This document shows positions 26,001-39,600 of a stretch of 64,000 nucleotides of DNA, piece by piece (position 1 is the stretch's first letter; every line of letters starts with the position of its first letter). The DNA is taken from contig JAYWIR010000005.1 of assembly GCA_036172245.1 (NCBI GenBank), forward strand, positions 5,146,001-5,210,000. The letters are read 5' to 3'. The translations under genes were made by a program, and so were the position numbers. Origin of the DNA: Raillietiella orientalis. Taxonomy: Eukaryota. The notes under the pieces are model-generated. The model was not told the origin of the DNA. It searched no databases and saw nothing but the letters and a program-made list of their open reading frames with translations.

Positions 26001-29000
26001 ATGTAAAATATGCAAAGTGGATCGTGACAAAGTTTCTTGAAAGACTTCACAATCTCAACTTTCCGTCAACACTGCATCCACTGACACGGGCACTGCATGA
26101 GCATGTGATCCCGAAAGGTCCCTCCTGGAGAGGCAAAAAATGCCCATTCCTTTCGTTCTGTTTTCGTAATATACGCTGCTATTATCACTAAACTGACGCA
26201 ATGTTCCGTGCTTTTTCATCATGAATGTGAGTGGTTCAGCTTATGTGGGCGTTGTTGATCTCGTTGATCCTTGAGCACCACTTTATGAACACTGTTCCCT
26301 TGAGTCATTTTCAGCATGGAGCGAGGACCTCAGCTAGTCTGCCTAAAAGTTCCGGGCTTACGAATTGTGATAAGCATGGGTGATCTGCGAAATGAGAGAT
26401 TCGTTTTACCCATTGCTTTCTCCTCGAGAGCTGGAACCAGACGTTCACCAGCAATTCCTACTCACAGAGTCTGCAGCACCCTGAAAGACACCATGAATCA
26501 GACTGACGGTTGAAAGCGACGGCGTCTATAGAGACCAACTGGATGTAGAAGCTTTGTTTGCAATGTCCCACTCCCAAGAAACTAGCCGTCCAGGCTCTTC
26601 TGAGGTATCGTGATCCTCTTTCCATTTCATCACCATGGAGCCTACCCTCCTTCCAACTCTGCCTTCCCTGATCACCCTCTCGAAAAAGAACAAAACAAAA
26701 GGAAATTCTCAATTCCACCACGATCACTTTTTACCTTGTACAAACTCAGTGTACCACTTCTACCCTCTTATCCATCAGGAAACCTTGTCCCTCGTTTAGT
26801 GCTTTTATTCGCTTACCACCTTTAATAAAGCCAAGTGGAACGTCCGACCTTCGAATCCAACACTACTGAAGGTCCTCTCTGTTTCTTTCGTCCTTGGCTA
26901 TCAAAATACTCGAACAAATCCCTAAAAAATCCTTGGTCTTGCTTCCTTTACCTATGATGCACTGCATTATCAGTGTCATCTCGAGAGCTTCCGTGTGCCC
27001 CGTAGATATTCAAAGGTTCTGATTTTGCTTCGACATCGTTAATTCCTGTTGCATCCACGGATCCTACGAGATACACAAGATGTGATCTCTGAGAATGCGA
27101 ATCTCAAGATGCAAGTCTCCGATAATGTGCAACAATTTCGAAATCAATCCTGTTCGTCAGTGAATCAAATACGATTCGCTTTTGCTTGGTAGCTGGAAGT
27201 TGCTCGTTTTCCTTGAATGGATGCTGTGAACAGCAAGAAAAACGCTTTCGGGTTTGTTGGAACTCTGAATTTCGCGTGAATTTGCTTCTGTACTTCCAAT
27301 CCGAGGTTTTCGTCTTTCAAGACCCACCACTTGCCATCTTGTCCTCTTTGCTTTGATGTGTTTTCGTCCCTTTGCATAGCTCATGTCTTTGGAAACAACA
27401 GTCTTGTCTCTGAGGACGTTTTCGAACTAACTATTGGTGACACGCTGTTTTTTTTTTTTTTTTTTCCATAATTTTCATGCTGGCCAGCGACTAAAGTTGC
27501 CTACAGTTTGCAAAAGCTACTGAGCTGATCATAAATCCTGATTTTTTATTAAGTGCGGTTGCAAAGCCCGATCTTTGCTTTCTTTTCAGTTCCCGAAAGT
27601 ACTGTAGTGCTTGAGGGCAAGGTTGAAATGCACGCGCTGTCATGACACGAAAGTTCGTTTCCACCATTCGACGCAACGGAACAGACAGCAACTATTAAGT
27701 GTCCTTAGACGAGCACTCAGAGAGATCGGTGTAACCAAAGCACAAAATTAAATGTTAAAAAGGACACGTAATACACAGCACGCAAGCGAATATATCGAAT
27801 GTGTGAACGCTAACGCGTCTCTGTTCTCCTTGTGGCACAGTTTTTAATGTTTTGCTCATTAGCTTATCGCTGCTTTTGCTGTCAGCGGTTTATCGTGCAA
27901 CTGGGATAGAACCTGCAAGCCTTTCAATCCTCTCCTCGGAGAAACGTATGAGCTACAGAGAGATGGTTACAGGTGACATGCATTGCACATCTGTTCTTTC
28001 TGCTGATCTGAAATTAAAAGAACTCCAGCGGCACTTTCAACTGTGATGCTATGTAATCATTCTGAAAATTATTCTCTTCTCTCTTTTGTTTTCCGATAAC
28101 AAAGTTGAACACTGGCTGTGTTTATTTGATTTTTTTATGATTCAAGAATTATATGCGAACAAATCAGTCATCACCCTCCGGTTTCTGCATTCCACGCAGA
28201 AAATGAAGATTTCACGTTCCATGGGACCATCTATCCTAAGATAACATTCACAGGAAAATCCATTGAAATACATCCTAAAGGCATGGTGACCCTGGTGCTG
28301 AAAAGGTACAGATGTCTGAAGCGTTGATTGTAGTTCGAATTGCTGAAGTACTTGGAGCATTTACGAAGCAGTTAATTGCATTTCACATCAGAAGAGCATG
28401 CAGCAGTAGCCTCTCTAGTAAAGGTCTTTACCGACTTCTCGCTCCAATGTACCTTTCTAAACACTATTTTGCAAACATTCCAACTCGAAATCGTAGTGCT
28501 CATTATGTTGTTGGGATTGATTGCTACTAAACATAGTTGTGTATTCTTATTGCAAAGGCATGAGGAGTCTTACACATGGAACAGCATTGATTGCTATGTG
28601 CACAACGTCATTGTCGGCAAACTGTGGATCGAGTACCATGGAACGATGGAGATTATAAACAGGAGCAATGGTAACCGTCTATCTTTTTGAGAATACCGCT
28701 CCACACGGTCACCTAGATCTGAGATGTATGCTGTATTTCAAACCCAGCAATGTGTTTTCAAAGGAAGCCCACCAGGTCGAAGGCTTCGTTGGCGATCAGA
28801 AGTACAGGGAATTTTGTTAAAATCCTCGATACTTTTGTATTTATTAGGACGAACTTGAGCTACCTGTACGGTTGCTGGACTGATACTCTCCGAAGTGCAG
28901 ACATGAACACTTACGAATCGTGGAAGAAATACAAAGAGTAAACAAGACAGCACTGATTTGCTTGCCTATTGATGGTTTTTCAGTTCCAACGTTTCCACTG

Positions 29001-29841
29001 TGCCCGTGAAGATATGGACAAAGTTAAATAGTATTACCACGACCATGTCGAAGTCGTTGTCCAATGCAGCCACTTTGCAAAAAGCCAACACAATCGATGG
29101 TGAGTCTGAAAGGATGCTAACTGACGAAGAGCATGCTCGCGCTTCGAAGTTTACGATGGAGTTACCGAATTCCGTGATTTTATGGAAAGCAACTCCTCGA
29201 CCAGAATATTGCTCCAAGGCAAGTATTAAAACGAAATAAAACATAGTACAATCGCTATTGCAGTATTACAATTTTACCTTATTTGCTCTAAGTCTCAATG
29301 AAAATATCGAAGACCCATGTCCAACGGACAGCCGTCTACGTCCTGATATGAGAAAGCTGGAGATGGGTGACATAGAAGGTGCTGCAGAATTTAAACAAAA
29401 ACTTGAAGAAAAGCAGAGAAAACAGTCGAAATCCATGAAAAGAAAATCAGAGAAATGGGTTCCAAGGTAAAGAGATGCTTTTTCGGTACAGTTGTACTCG
29501 AGGAGAACAAACGTGGAACGTTTATCTCAGTGTAGAAAGCACGCTTGAATTTTTCAATTTACACATCTGTGATTTGAGTTGCTAAAAAATCGAATATTTG
29601 AACACTCAAAAAGCAGATGGTTCGGCAGGTGGCAGAAGTCGATTTGTGTAGACCATACAAGTTTTTTTTGTATACAAAATGGATTCCCATGACCGAACCG
29701 AACGACGTTTTCTCATTCGTCTTTTGCAGATGGTTCCAACAACGGAAAAATCCCTACACAAATTCCGAGGATTGGACTTTCAATCATCTATACTGGAACA
29801 GGGACTTCTCAGATGTAGCTCGTTTATTTTACTTAGACTGA
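23082..29841 (+). CDS. OSBPL1A/OSBPL2: Oxysterol-binding protein-related protein, ORP1/ORP2 subfamily (complete ORD; start codon not located)
   Basis: Exons: 23082-23292, 27863-27972, 28147-28305, 28558-28670, 28717-28801, 28848-28937, 28984-29218, 29264-29466, 29730-29841; phases join. Motifs: [33 protein letters not shown], fingerprint [36 protein letters not shown] possible further upstream exon at 22752-22806 (DARPSTPLAEVSSGWCRCR) is phase-compatible. Confidence 0.93.
24250..25400 (+). mobile_element. Decayed non-LTR RT fragment, possibly R2/NeSL/Utopia-like, inside an OSBP intron
   Basis: In successive frames: [18 protein letters not shown] (SAPGPDGITYxxLRxxxPG-like), [31 protein letters not shown] (NAFGSxxH-like), LGIQE...[17 protein letters not shown]. 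These are in the expected RT order; by eye only. Confidence 0.4.
25476..25515. repeat. Near-perfect 40-nt palindrome (19 bp arms, 2-nt centre)
   Basis: gttgaatcagcagttgcag-gt-ctgcaactgctgattcaac. Confidence 0.95.
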
Positions 29842-30019
29842 AGAAACGAAGAAAGTTCTTAAAAACTTAACGTATTCATGTAGAACATCTTTTTATATTA
29901 ATTTGACACATTCAATACTTTGATACTAGGCCAAAATTGATGATTAAAAAGTAGCTTGTAATTTTAAAATCTGCCTATAGTCTGAGATTCGTGCAAATTG
30001 GCAAACTTCACTGCCCCTT

Positions 30020-30410
30020 CTCATACCCGCAGCCATCTGCAATGATGTGCACCACATACACCATCATCATGTTCCCATTCCGTAAAAAATCTGCAGCAGC
30101 ACGCAGATGAGTACGGTCCACACCGTACGTTGCCGATTAACCCTGTACTGATCCCTGTACAACATCTGTACAGAGATCTGTACGGAAGCTTCACGAGCTT
30201 CTTACGAATTGTGATATACGTGCACTACACCATAAACAGGATGAACACATGCACCGAGAGGCAACGATGGGAGCAAAAATCCAATTGCAAGGTGATCTGA
30301 AACCACTACAAGCACAAGAAGTCGTATGTATGTCTTATTTCCAAGCTTCCACATGTTTATTCTGAAAACGATAAGTAAACCAACATTCGTTAAAGTGATG
30401 AAATACTCCA
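30020..30410 (-). mobile_element. Decayed RTE-like LINE 3' fragment
   Basis: MWKLGNKTYIRLLVLVVVSDHLAIG resembles the RTE post-RT WKxxxLSxxTKIRLxxxxVxSxLxYG motif; RKKLVKLPYRSLYR follows in another frame. By eye only. Confidence 0.3.
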
Positions 30411-31520
30411 TGAAATTTTCGCATACGCAAGAGTACCGTAAAATAACAGCCTTGTACGTTTCCACGGTGACTCCCATTGCAGACACACACACACACAGTC
30501 GAAATCAGTAGACACATGAAAATAAAAACTAAGTTTTATGAGAATGTGGATTACAAATTAACATATACATGGGTTCACGATACGTAATACGATCATTTTA
30601 CTGATCAAATTTGAGTGCTGCCTAGAACGATTTTTCCACATCGGCCCAAGATCAACTGCACGACAAATCGATTTTGCTTGCTTCCTGTTAGGCAAAGCAT
30701 TGAAAACAACTAAAATTCAAGGAGAGCAGTTTTAGGATTCGGAGTGCAAATACGGTACTCAAATAGCCAAACACGAGCGATAGATTTCAATTTATCCTCT
30801 GAGAAGCATGCTTTCCAGATAATTTCGTTTTCTCACATGTACTACTATATTTATATATACGATGTGCTATATATACCAATACTTTAAGAATTTTTCATTT
30901 GACAATATTTGCATTTAAGATGCTGGGTGCTGTACCAGATTTTTTGGTTGTTTACTTCAGCTGACAAAGCCATATATCACTTTGAATCCTTTTGAATCCT
31001 AGGCAGGACACTCAATATGTGCATTACATTATGCTGAAACATTGGTCACAAGCAAGGACATTGTTAATTCAACAGTCTGTTCAAAGAACTGTCATACAAA
31101 AATAGTCTGGAATGAAATTACATCCACACTACTTGAATTTCTTCTATGGCTTGTAAGGGTAACAGCAGCCTAACTGCCAACTAAGGACCTATTAGCTCAG
31201 TCAACTTAAAAACTAATAAGCTGAAATCACACAAATACTAATTCATACATGCAAAGTATGACCACAAAAACTGCAAGTGATGTACATAGGATTCACTGCA
31301 ATAGGATTTTGCATATACAAGTATTACACCACACAAACATACAACACAAAATGTGTAATTGGAAGAAGAGAAACTTGAGAAGAATTCAGAGTTTTAGGCC
31401 AAGTCATGGACAAACTAGAAGAAAACACATCACATTTGCCTGATCAAAACAGATAGTACTCAAAAATAATCAATTATATGGAAAAAACACACAAAAATGC
31501 AAATTTATAAAGACTAACAT

Positions 31521-33286
31521 TTAATCATCAGCTTTTAATTCTTTTTTACCACCACGGATGCGACCAGTACGGCGTGCAGCAATTAAACCAACTTTGCGGC
31601 CTGCACTTTTGCCTCTGCTTACTGTTGAGGCTTTACCAATATGCTGATGGTTTCCACCACCATGAGGATGTTCAACAGGATTCATGGCTACACCACGAAC
31701 TTTTGGCCAACTATTTCTCTTGGCCTTGTACTTGAAATAAGCACGACCTGCTTTCAGCATAGGTTTATCAATGCGACCACCACCTGCTACAATGCCTAAA
31801 ATAAAAGAACATGTTAATTACAGGTATTATAAAGCATACTACACTCACCAACCATAGCACGATTGTCAGACTGAACAATTTTTTTAGCTCCTGAAGGCAA
31901 CTTAACTCGGGTCTTCTTATTTTCAGGATTGTGGGCAATGACAGTTGCATAATTACCAGATGCTCTGGCAATGCGACCTCGGTCACCGAATTTCTCTTCC
32001 AGATTGCAAATAATTGTTCCTTCAGGCATAGTTCCAATAGGAAGAACATTCCCCACTTGTAAGGTTGCTGAAAAAATTTATGGAAAAAAAATAGAATAGT
32101 TCATACAAAATACTCATACAAATAATCTACAAAGCTAAAAAATTAGCAACTGATTTCTCCTACTGAATGGCAAAACACTGCAAGATTTCCAAGATTTCGT
32201 TTTTAGTGTTTGGTAACTTGTAAATTGGGAAAACAAACAAAAACACACTGTTCAGAACATTAAGAGATACACAATATCAGCTTGACTCTGCCAATTACAA
32301 ATACCACAAACCATAAGCCAAATTTTGAAAATAAGGGTTCTGGAAAAGTTTGGTAATGACTTTTGCTTTCAACCTCAAAAACATTGCACACAAACAAATG
32401 GAAATACAACACACTTTTGCTCAAAAAGTAATACATCAAGCATGTATTTCACACATGGATCTAACATGTCAATAATATTCTCAATAACCAGGAATCAAAA
32501 TTTAGGCACTTTTTTTTTGTTTGCCTGGGTCACCAACAAACATTCTCACAAGTACTGCACCATCAATAATGTAAGCATAATGCTAGCAGGAATCATCACA
32601 TGATGGCTGTCATAATCATTTGTGAACTTTGTTCCTTCTATAAACAACAAAAAATGGACTAATCTAGACTAAAGAATGAGAATTGCAAGTGAAGCACCTA
32701 GATTAACATGCTTTTACAGCCTGAAGTACAATCTAATAGAAGGGCTTTAGTTAATCAGGTTGGTTGCTGGTTGGCATGTTTACATGTTTACCAAAAACTA
32801 TGAAATTATTGGAGCTGTGTCAGAGAGAAAATGTTAATGTTAATACTATTTATCTTTATATACAGTCTCATTTATACCAGAGCAGAAGATACCCTCAATT
32901 ACTTCGAAACAATGTAGTCTGATTTATCTTGATACAAGACTGCTTTGAAATGATCATTACCTTTTTTACCACAGTACACAAACTGCCCAGTGTACATCCC
33001 TTCCGCTGCAAGGAATAATTCCTTTCTTAGCTTGTACCTATATGGATCACGAAACACGACTACAGCCAAGGGGGCCCCACGTCCCGGATCATGAATTATA
33101 TCCTTAAAAATAGTTGTTATTTGAAAGACAATTTTCATCCTCCCCAACCTTTACTACGCCTTTGATGTAACCTCTTCGTTCTGCAAAATCAATGGCACGT
33201 AGTTTAGGTGCTCCTTTTCTATGTTTCACATGGGATTTAAAAATACTCCCTCTCCCTTTTCTTTGAGCCCTTATCACTCTACCCAT
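31521..33286 (-). CDS. RPL8: 60S ribosomal protein L8 (uL2), 4 coding exons, 257 aa
   Basis: Exons 33286-33149, 33102-32961, 32067-31849, 31795-31521. [11 protein letters not shown]..., [66 protein letters not shown]. The acceptor TTACAG two bases before the ATG, with a candidate GTAAGC donor at 33490, suggests a 5' UTR intron or trans-splice site. Confidence 0.98.
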
Positions 33287-35199
33287 TTCTGTAAAGGATT
33301 CTAATTGTGAATACGAAATATGAAGTGGTAGATTGCACCACACAATTGCTTATTTAACATATACACTCAAACGTGAAGGGCAAACGGAATGAAAAAACAA
33401 GGAGAATTAATTTTAAATCAACAACCAAAATTTTGAACCCGTAGCGTAACAATCATAATCATTGCCCAACGCTCAACGTTATGTGCTTACACTGCGATCC
33501 ACTGCTAGTTCCGGTCATTCAAGATTGCCAAGCGTTGAGTTCTTTAACTTTTTTTGTTAAGGATAGTATTTTCATACATACTAGTGAGAAAACACGGTAG
33601 CATCCAAGTTTCCTAGATGCAATCGAGAGTACATTGAAAAGTTCATAATTTGAATAACAGAGGACTCTAAATAACATTTAAGAAAATGCTCGATGGATTT
33701 GAAAGAATGGTTGCATTCGTATTGCTGGAGGCTGTAATCACTCCGAATATTCTCGATATTTCACATCTTAGATTAAAAGATGTTCACATAGACTATGAAA
33801 GCTTCTGAATTCGATAGAAATGACTGCACATCATGCATGCTTATTTCTCAAGATTTTTAAAAATTACATCTATTTACCAGTGTTTTCCTCTGCATAGTCT
33901 CAGATGTTTTATTGTTTTTCTTTTTTTCTTTTTTACCATTTCATGCAATGTATGTTTTCATTTCAATTATACGTAAATGAGCTTTTGTCTATATGTTTTT
34001 TGTATACATGCTGTCATTTTCATCGTGCTCATTGATATGTATGACTAAATAATGCGAAACTGTATACTATGAAAATCGTTAATCAATTTCGTGAACAAAT
34101 ATTCTATTTTCAAAAAAGGCTAAAATACTAATGGTTTGGTTGTGCCACTGAGGCGATGTAATAATGAATTCATAAGTAGATATTCAAATAAGATCAGATG
34201 TTTATTTAAAGTAGACATGACTACAGCACACTTTCTGTGAATCCTAAGATTAAGTAATATTTTATAAATCCTGCTATCCAGAAATTACAAATCCAGAAAC
34301 TACATCCAGTTGTATTCACAGGAACTTATTAGAAGCAAACGAAATTGTGCGCTCTCTGAGACGAATCATGTTTGTATACTACAGTATGTGGAGGATTATG
34401 TTTTCATATTATGTTCTAGCTTCCACAAAGCCCTAACATTATAAGTTCTTAATACGTTTCTTATAAATTACTGCAGCATGAATGTTTCCATTATTAATCT
34501 TATCATAGAAGTCAAGGATTAGAAATCCAGTCACAGCCAGTGCATCAGGTTATTAACTTCTTCAAAACACCTGCTGCTTTTTTTTATCATTGTGTTGACT
34601 TTTAAAATCTTTTATAGGTCTATCATCACTTGATCAATGAGTAGAACATCGGATGCAACGCGAACTCGAAAAGGTTGGACTAACAGATGCACGATTCAAG
34701 ATTACCAGAACATTTAGCTTTTCATCTCTTTAAGTTATGAATGTCTCGAGTATCACCTCTGCTGTATGAGAATGTTCGCGTTTTTGCGCTGGTGCCTTCC
34801 GGTGCAATTGCTCTATGCAGTCATGGAGGACTTGCAGTGCTATTGGGCAGCTACTTTGGAAGAGGTCATGTTCTCAGTGCCTTTTAAGTAGACATGACAG
34901 TTAGTTTGGGTAATAAATCTGTATCGTCATGTAAGTTTTTCCTGTCCTGTTATTATTTCAGAAGACCTGTCTCTCGAAGCAGAATACGCAACATGTTCGA
35001 AGCACGGAAGAAATGGGAGACCTGCAGCAAGGACACTGGAAGCTGTGGACCATTCTACAGAATCACTGAACCATGCTTCTTCGAAGCTGAATGCAAAAGA
35101 CGCCCAGTGTGCGTTTTCCTTTGTGGCAGCACCTTCTTTCCACACAGAAGCGAAACCCCCTGCAGTCTGAATGTTCCCATTATCAATCTTCTCATAGAG

Positions 35200-36700
35200 A
35201 TCAAGGATAAAAAATCCAGCCACAGCTCGTACCGAAGCCACACAGGCAACGCCCTGATGCCAAAGGGAAGTGAAACGCCGAAGGTCCTCTCTGCCACGCT
35301 TAGACCTCAGAATGGGCCGTCGAGGATGTCTTGTGCCAGAAGGTCCTCGATGCGTGGCTCGCATCCCCCGGCAGACTCCTTGTAATAGTGAATCCAGGAG
35401 TCGACACATGTGCATCTGACGTGGGAAAGGTCGCGATTGCCTGCGGGGACGCGCGAAACCCGCGTGAAGCGCCCTCTCCCATAGTTCGCATCCTCCATTC
35501 GGCTCTCTTTCAGTAGCAGCGGGCTATAGACCTGCTGCTGACGATAATTGCGTTGGAGGTTCCTGGAGACGAGCGGAAAAGCTCGTGAGCTCGCGAGAAT
35601 CAGGCGGAGGTCTTCGGAACATTTGCGCGATCCGAACGCAGAACAGACCGTCCCAGGAGAATGGAACCGGAGGATTTTGGGAGAGCCCGCTAGTTCAAGC
35701 CTGGGACCTCGATGGGAGCTGTCGATCCGATTCCAGTCCCTCCGGCTCTCCAGTCCAGTTCTCCTAGTGCCGTTCCACCACCCTCCAGCCTGAGAGTGGA
35801 GGTCACCATCCACAAGGAAGAGACAGCTTCCCGCGACGGAGCGTCGAGGGTCACTGCTAACCTAGCACATTCGAAGGAATAGGTGAAGGGTGCCAGAAGG
35901 ATCAGCAAGGGATGGCTTCCTCGAGCTCCTGACGGACCATCCCAGCATTGCGGTAGGCGGACTGCCACCGGTGGGAAACGTCCTTCGGAGCCGCACGTCG
36001 AGTCTCGCTTTGCGCGCGCCCGAAACGTCGGTCTACGCGCGTACCGCCCTAAATATGGTGCTGTTGCTGCTCCAAGAAATCCCGAAGACATCCCATCCGC
36101 GCCGGCATGTCGATGCCATGCCCTCCTCTCACTTGTCCGTATGAGGTGCCGGCCCTCCCATCCTGTTCCTACCAGGAACGGCGGAGAATGCTGCCCCCCT
36201 CCTCCTTTCCATCTGTGCAGACTTCGATAGCATTCTGACCACCCAGACCGCGTTGCTGGCAGGGGGGAGTGGCCAGGGAGAAAACTCTGCCGCTGATGCT
36301 CCCGTCGAGCTGCCTCGATCCCATCGTATCCTCGGGCCTTCAGGCATCGCGCGAGAAGAAGCTTGCGATATTCTCGCTCCCAGATTCGATTCGTCCGCTG
36401 TTCCTGATGTTTCCCTCTGCTTCGGAGAGACGCCTCGGGCACGGCGATCGTAGGAAAGTTGCTCCTCCAGAGCCAGAGCAAGAGCTTTGATATTTCTTGG
36501 AGCCGGCCAGCGTTTTCCGGAAGTCTTCCCTGCTCGAGAAAGTCCTTCTTGGAGCTAAGGGAGAATGAAAAGACCCGAGCACCCTTGAGCACCCTTCTCA
36601 ATCGAAACGAGAAGCATTCCTCAGGAGCGTCCTCAGCACGGAGTAGCTCCTCTACGTCTCTGGAGCAGGATGGCACCTCCTACAGCTTCGTACGGACCTA
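35200..36700 (-). mobile_element. GC-rich island containing a 328-aa ORF with weak non-LTR RT resemblance
   Basis: FLEQGRLPE...SNFPTIAV...QRQSFLPG...SEGRFPPVAVR...HPLLILLA, then CSEDLRLILASS in the next frame. This follows RT motif order, but each motif is very diverged. Confidence 0.3.
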
Positions 36701-37169
36701 GCACACAATACATAAAATCAGCTAGCGCAGAAGAACAAGGAAGATCATTAGCATCAACGTCTGAGTAAGCGGTGATGGAAATTAAGAAAAGCGTGCGTGG
36801 AGGCAAGCCATTACTTGGGGCGGATGGATTATTCACAAATTTCATGTAAAAGATGGAACGCAGGGTGTTCCACAAGTGGGGATGGACGCTCACTTACAAG
36901 AAAGCCAATTAGAAGGGAGGCAAAACAGAAGAAATGGTTTCAGCAATAAACAGTTCCATCAGCCTTCATCTGATCTTTGTGTACCAAGGGGTCGTCACAG
37001 TAGCTTTGAGCCACGGGTGGCCAAAAAAAGACAGGCAGTGTTTCATGCAGAATTGATCAATACGATGCACTTGGCTCTTTATGCACTTGGCATCTCTGAT
37101 AACGGTGGAATGCAACAAATGTCCGGAGTAGATGTACAACCATCCACTTATGGATGGATGGTCAATAAA

Positions 37170-38500
37170 TGCTTTGTTCTCCTGACCGTTGGAATCGGCA
37201 GATGCAGCTTTTAGGTTTCGCAGATTCCCCGTTTTTTCAAGTAAGCCAGGATGAGGAGGTGAGTACAAAAGTGATCTGTGATGCGGTGGGCAGGAGCGAA
37301 GGTGGTGACAAAGGCGCATCAGGAATTTCAGCATTCGAAAGTGGTGAATCTCCCTTTTTAATGGTTATTGCATGAAATGATTGAAAGCGGGATGGTAGCA
37401 GTTTTTACTCATGGTTTAAAAGGATTCAGAGGGGCTATTGATTCAAAGAGACCCCATATGCTACGAGTCCCTACTGGAGCCTGCGAAGTAATACCCGTTG
37501 GAAACGTACGAATGTTGCATTCGCACGCAAGCACAGCATCAACCTGTCAACATCGACTGTGTGAGGAGTTTAGAAAAGCATCATGTACCTGCAAGCAGGA
37601 GTGTACGGGATTTTTTAGCAGGAACACGCAAGCAAGGTGAATAACAGGATAGAAGCTGAAGGGGGTGAGGGATTGCAAGGGTGGAGAGGGTGAGTGCGTG
37701 AGCCCAGTAGGCAAAGAAGGTGTGGTGATGCCTGTCGTCTAGGATCGCATGGTGGTGGTATCAGAGCGAAGGGTGGGAGGGAGGACGGGAGCTTCGCGAT
37801 GGAGGTGCTACTGTATGCTCATCGTGAAATAATGCTGGCAACGTACGATTGTGGACAGGGAAGATGCATGGTGGATGAAGTGGAAGGAAAGGAGGGGAAG
37901 TGGAACGGTCAATCATCGATTCACGGAAGGAAAGAGTTGGTGTTTGCATCACGGGAGGAGAAGAAGTCAGAGATGAAAGCGGATGCGCTCGAGGAATTTC
38001 TGAAGGGGAGCAGGCTTCTAGAAGGAAAATGAGATGTGCAGGCAGATCGGCGTACACGGGCCACACGATGAGAAGAAGAAGAGCACTGCCACTCGTTGTT
38101 GATTCGTAGGGGATCCAAGGGAGGAGTTGATGGTTCGGGAGACAAGGCTGGTGGATCGAGAAGTGCATGCAGGAGGAAGTGGAGGCGAGATGCATGCGTA
38201 GTCACGACAGCAAATGGATTTGGGAAAATTGCGGAAGGAAGTGCAGGATGAAACATGGAAGCAAAATGTCTTCGAGAATAGATATCGCAGATAGCGCAAG
38301 TGCTGTTTTTGGGAACCATGTCGGCCAGCGAGGATGCGTAACGCAGGCAATCAAGCAGCTGAGAGGGATGGAGAGAGGCAAGTGGCCGAGATGGAGCTTT
38401 CAATTGCAGGAGAGCGGCGTTTCGAGAAGGCGACAGATGAGATGGGTGCATTCGGCATGAGTGATTTAGTTACAGCAGTACAATGGATAGGAGGTCGAGA
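37170..38500 (+). mobile_element. Decayed LINE (RTE-like) reverse transcriptase, purine-rich on + strand
   Basis: Ordered remnants: SGISAFESGES (QxGFRxGRS), AVFTHGLKGFRGAIDS (FxDLxKAFDS), RMLHS...LCEEF...KQEC (LYS...LSEEF...GVKQGC), LLYAHREIMLAT...MVDE...KELVF (LLYADDIVL), SRIDIADSASAVFG, RRRQMRWVH (RLRWxGH). By eye only. Confidence 0.55.
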
Positions 38501-39239
38501 GAGATGAGCTGGTTTCAACAGGACTTGACCGATCACTCGGTGATCCGAGTTGTTTCGAGAGGCTGGAATTCAAGCGAAATGTCCGACAAGGAAATACGAC
38601 AAGAAGAGGTGAAGATGTAGTATCTATGTAGCCAGTGGCAGTGAGAATGTGTTCATAAGGAGTAAAGTGGTTGCATGCGTTGCGAGATCACTGGAGTGAT
38701 CTGGCAGTGCTTCAACTGAAGAATAGCATGGAGCATCGGAAAAGATGCTCATTTCTGAAAAAGATTTAAGGTCGGATAAATCGGCCGTCTCCTGAAACTG
38801 ATGCTCTGCTGAATGCCTAAATTCCTTACCATTCTCTCTCATTGTTCCTCTAGAACTACAAGTCTCGAAAATCTTATTTAGCCAGAGGAGATGGAGAATC
38901 GGCAATGCATACCAAAAGATGGTTCCACTTACTTGGTCTTCCACTACATGAATGTTGCTTCGATTGCGTTTCCCGTCCACTGCTAATCTTTCTTGTTCGA
39001 CTTCCGTATCTCTGCTTTCCGTAATGCTCGTATCCTTGCTCTAAGAGCTTCCGGGCACTTTAGCCTCCCTTCTCTTTGGTTCCGGTAATTCCAAGGTCGA
39101 GAGTCTGGTAAGGCATATCGCGGCTTAAGGCTTGACGTTTTTCTGACGTTGGTTGTTTGCTTCTTCGCTTTTTGGATGGCCTGAATGTTTGTGGATCGCT
39201 CGCGATTCCTGTATTGATGATCGCCGTTGGTGGCTTCAG

Positions 39240-39600
39240 TCACGTTTCCCAAGCTCTTCGGCTGGAGTTAGCTGCTGCTGCATTCCACTTCATCATTCCA
39301 CCAGAGCAGTTCTTTCTCTTCACTTCAGAATGAGCAGGCAACCAGACAATGAGCCTCCGGTCGCCGGAGTCTGGTTTCCCGTCAGTAGCGGAAGGTTTGC
39401 TAACGTTCTCGAAAATTCGCACCCGAATGGTTCTTTCAGACGCCGTTGGAAATTTTTTTTTTTGTTTTTGGTTCGATGCCCACGCGAATTTCTTTGCTGG
39501 CCAGAGCTGTAGTGTTGCTCTTGATGCGAGCTGAGATAAAGTAGGTAGGCGAAGAATTTGTAGAAAGTTGGTCTTGCGCAAGAGCAATTGGGTTGTGATT
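39240..39600 (-). mobile_element. Decayed LINE RT fragment
   Basis: ASERTIRVRIFENVSKPSATDGKPDSG resembles LSxRTxRVxxxxxxSxxxxxxxGVPQG. By eye only. Confidence 0.3.

Noticed and set aside
30020..30520. Possible small gene: vasopressin-like CYFT after a hydrophobic stretch, or a GPCR TM5-TM6 pseudogene
   Set aside because: Splicing gives CYFTNKHV with no CPxG or neurophysin, the hydrophobic stretch is partly a TG microsatellite, and an RTE-like LINE remnant explains the region better.
32068..32960. Intronic snoRNA in the 893-nt RPL8 intron (GTGATGA at 32593-32599, small hairpin)
   Set aside because: No CTGA at a suitable distance and no convincing H box or ACA arrangement; a covariance-model search would be needed.
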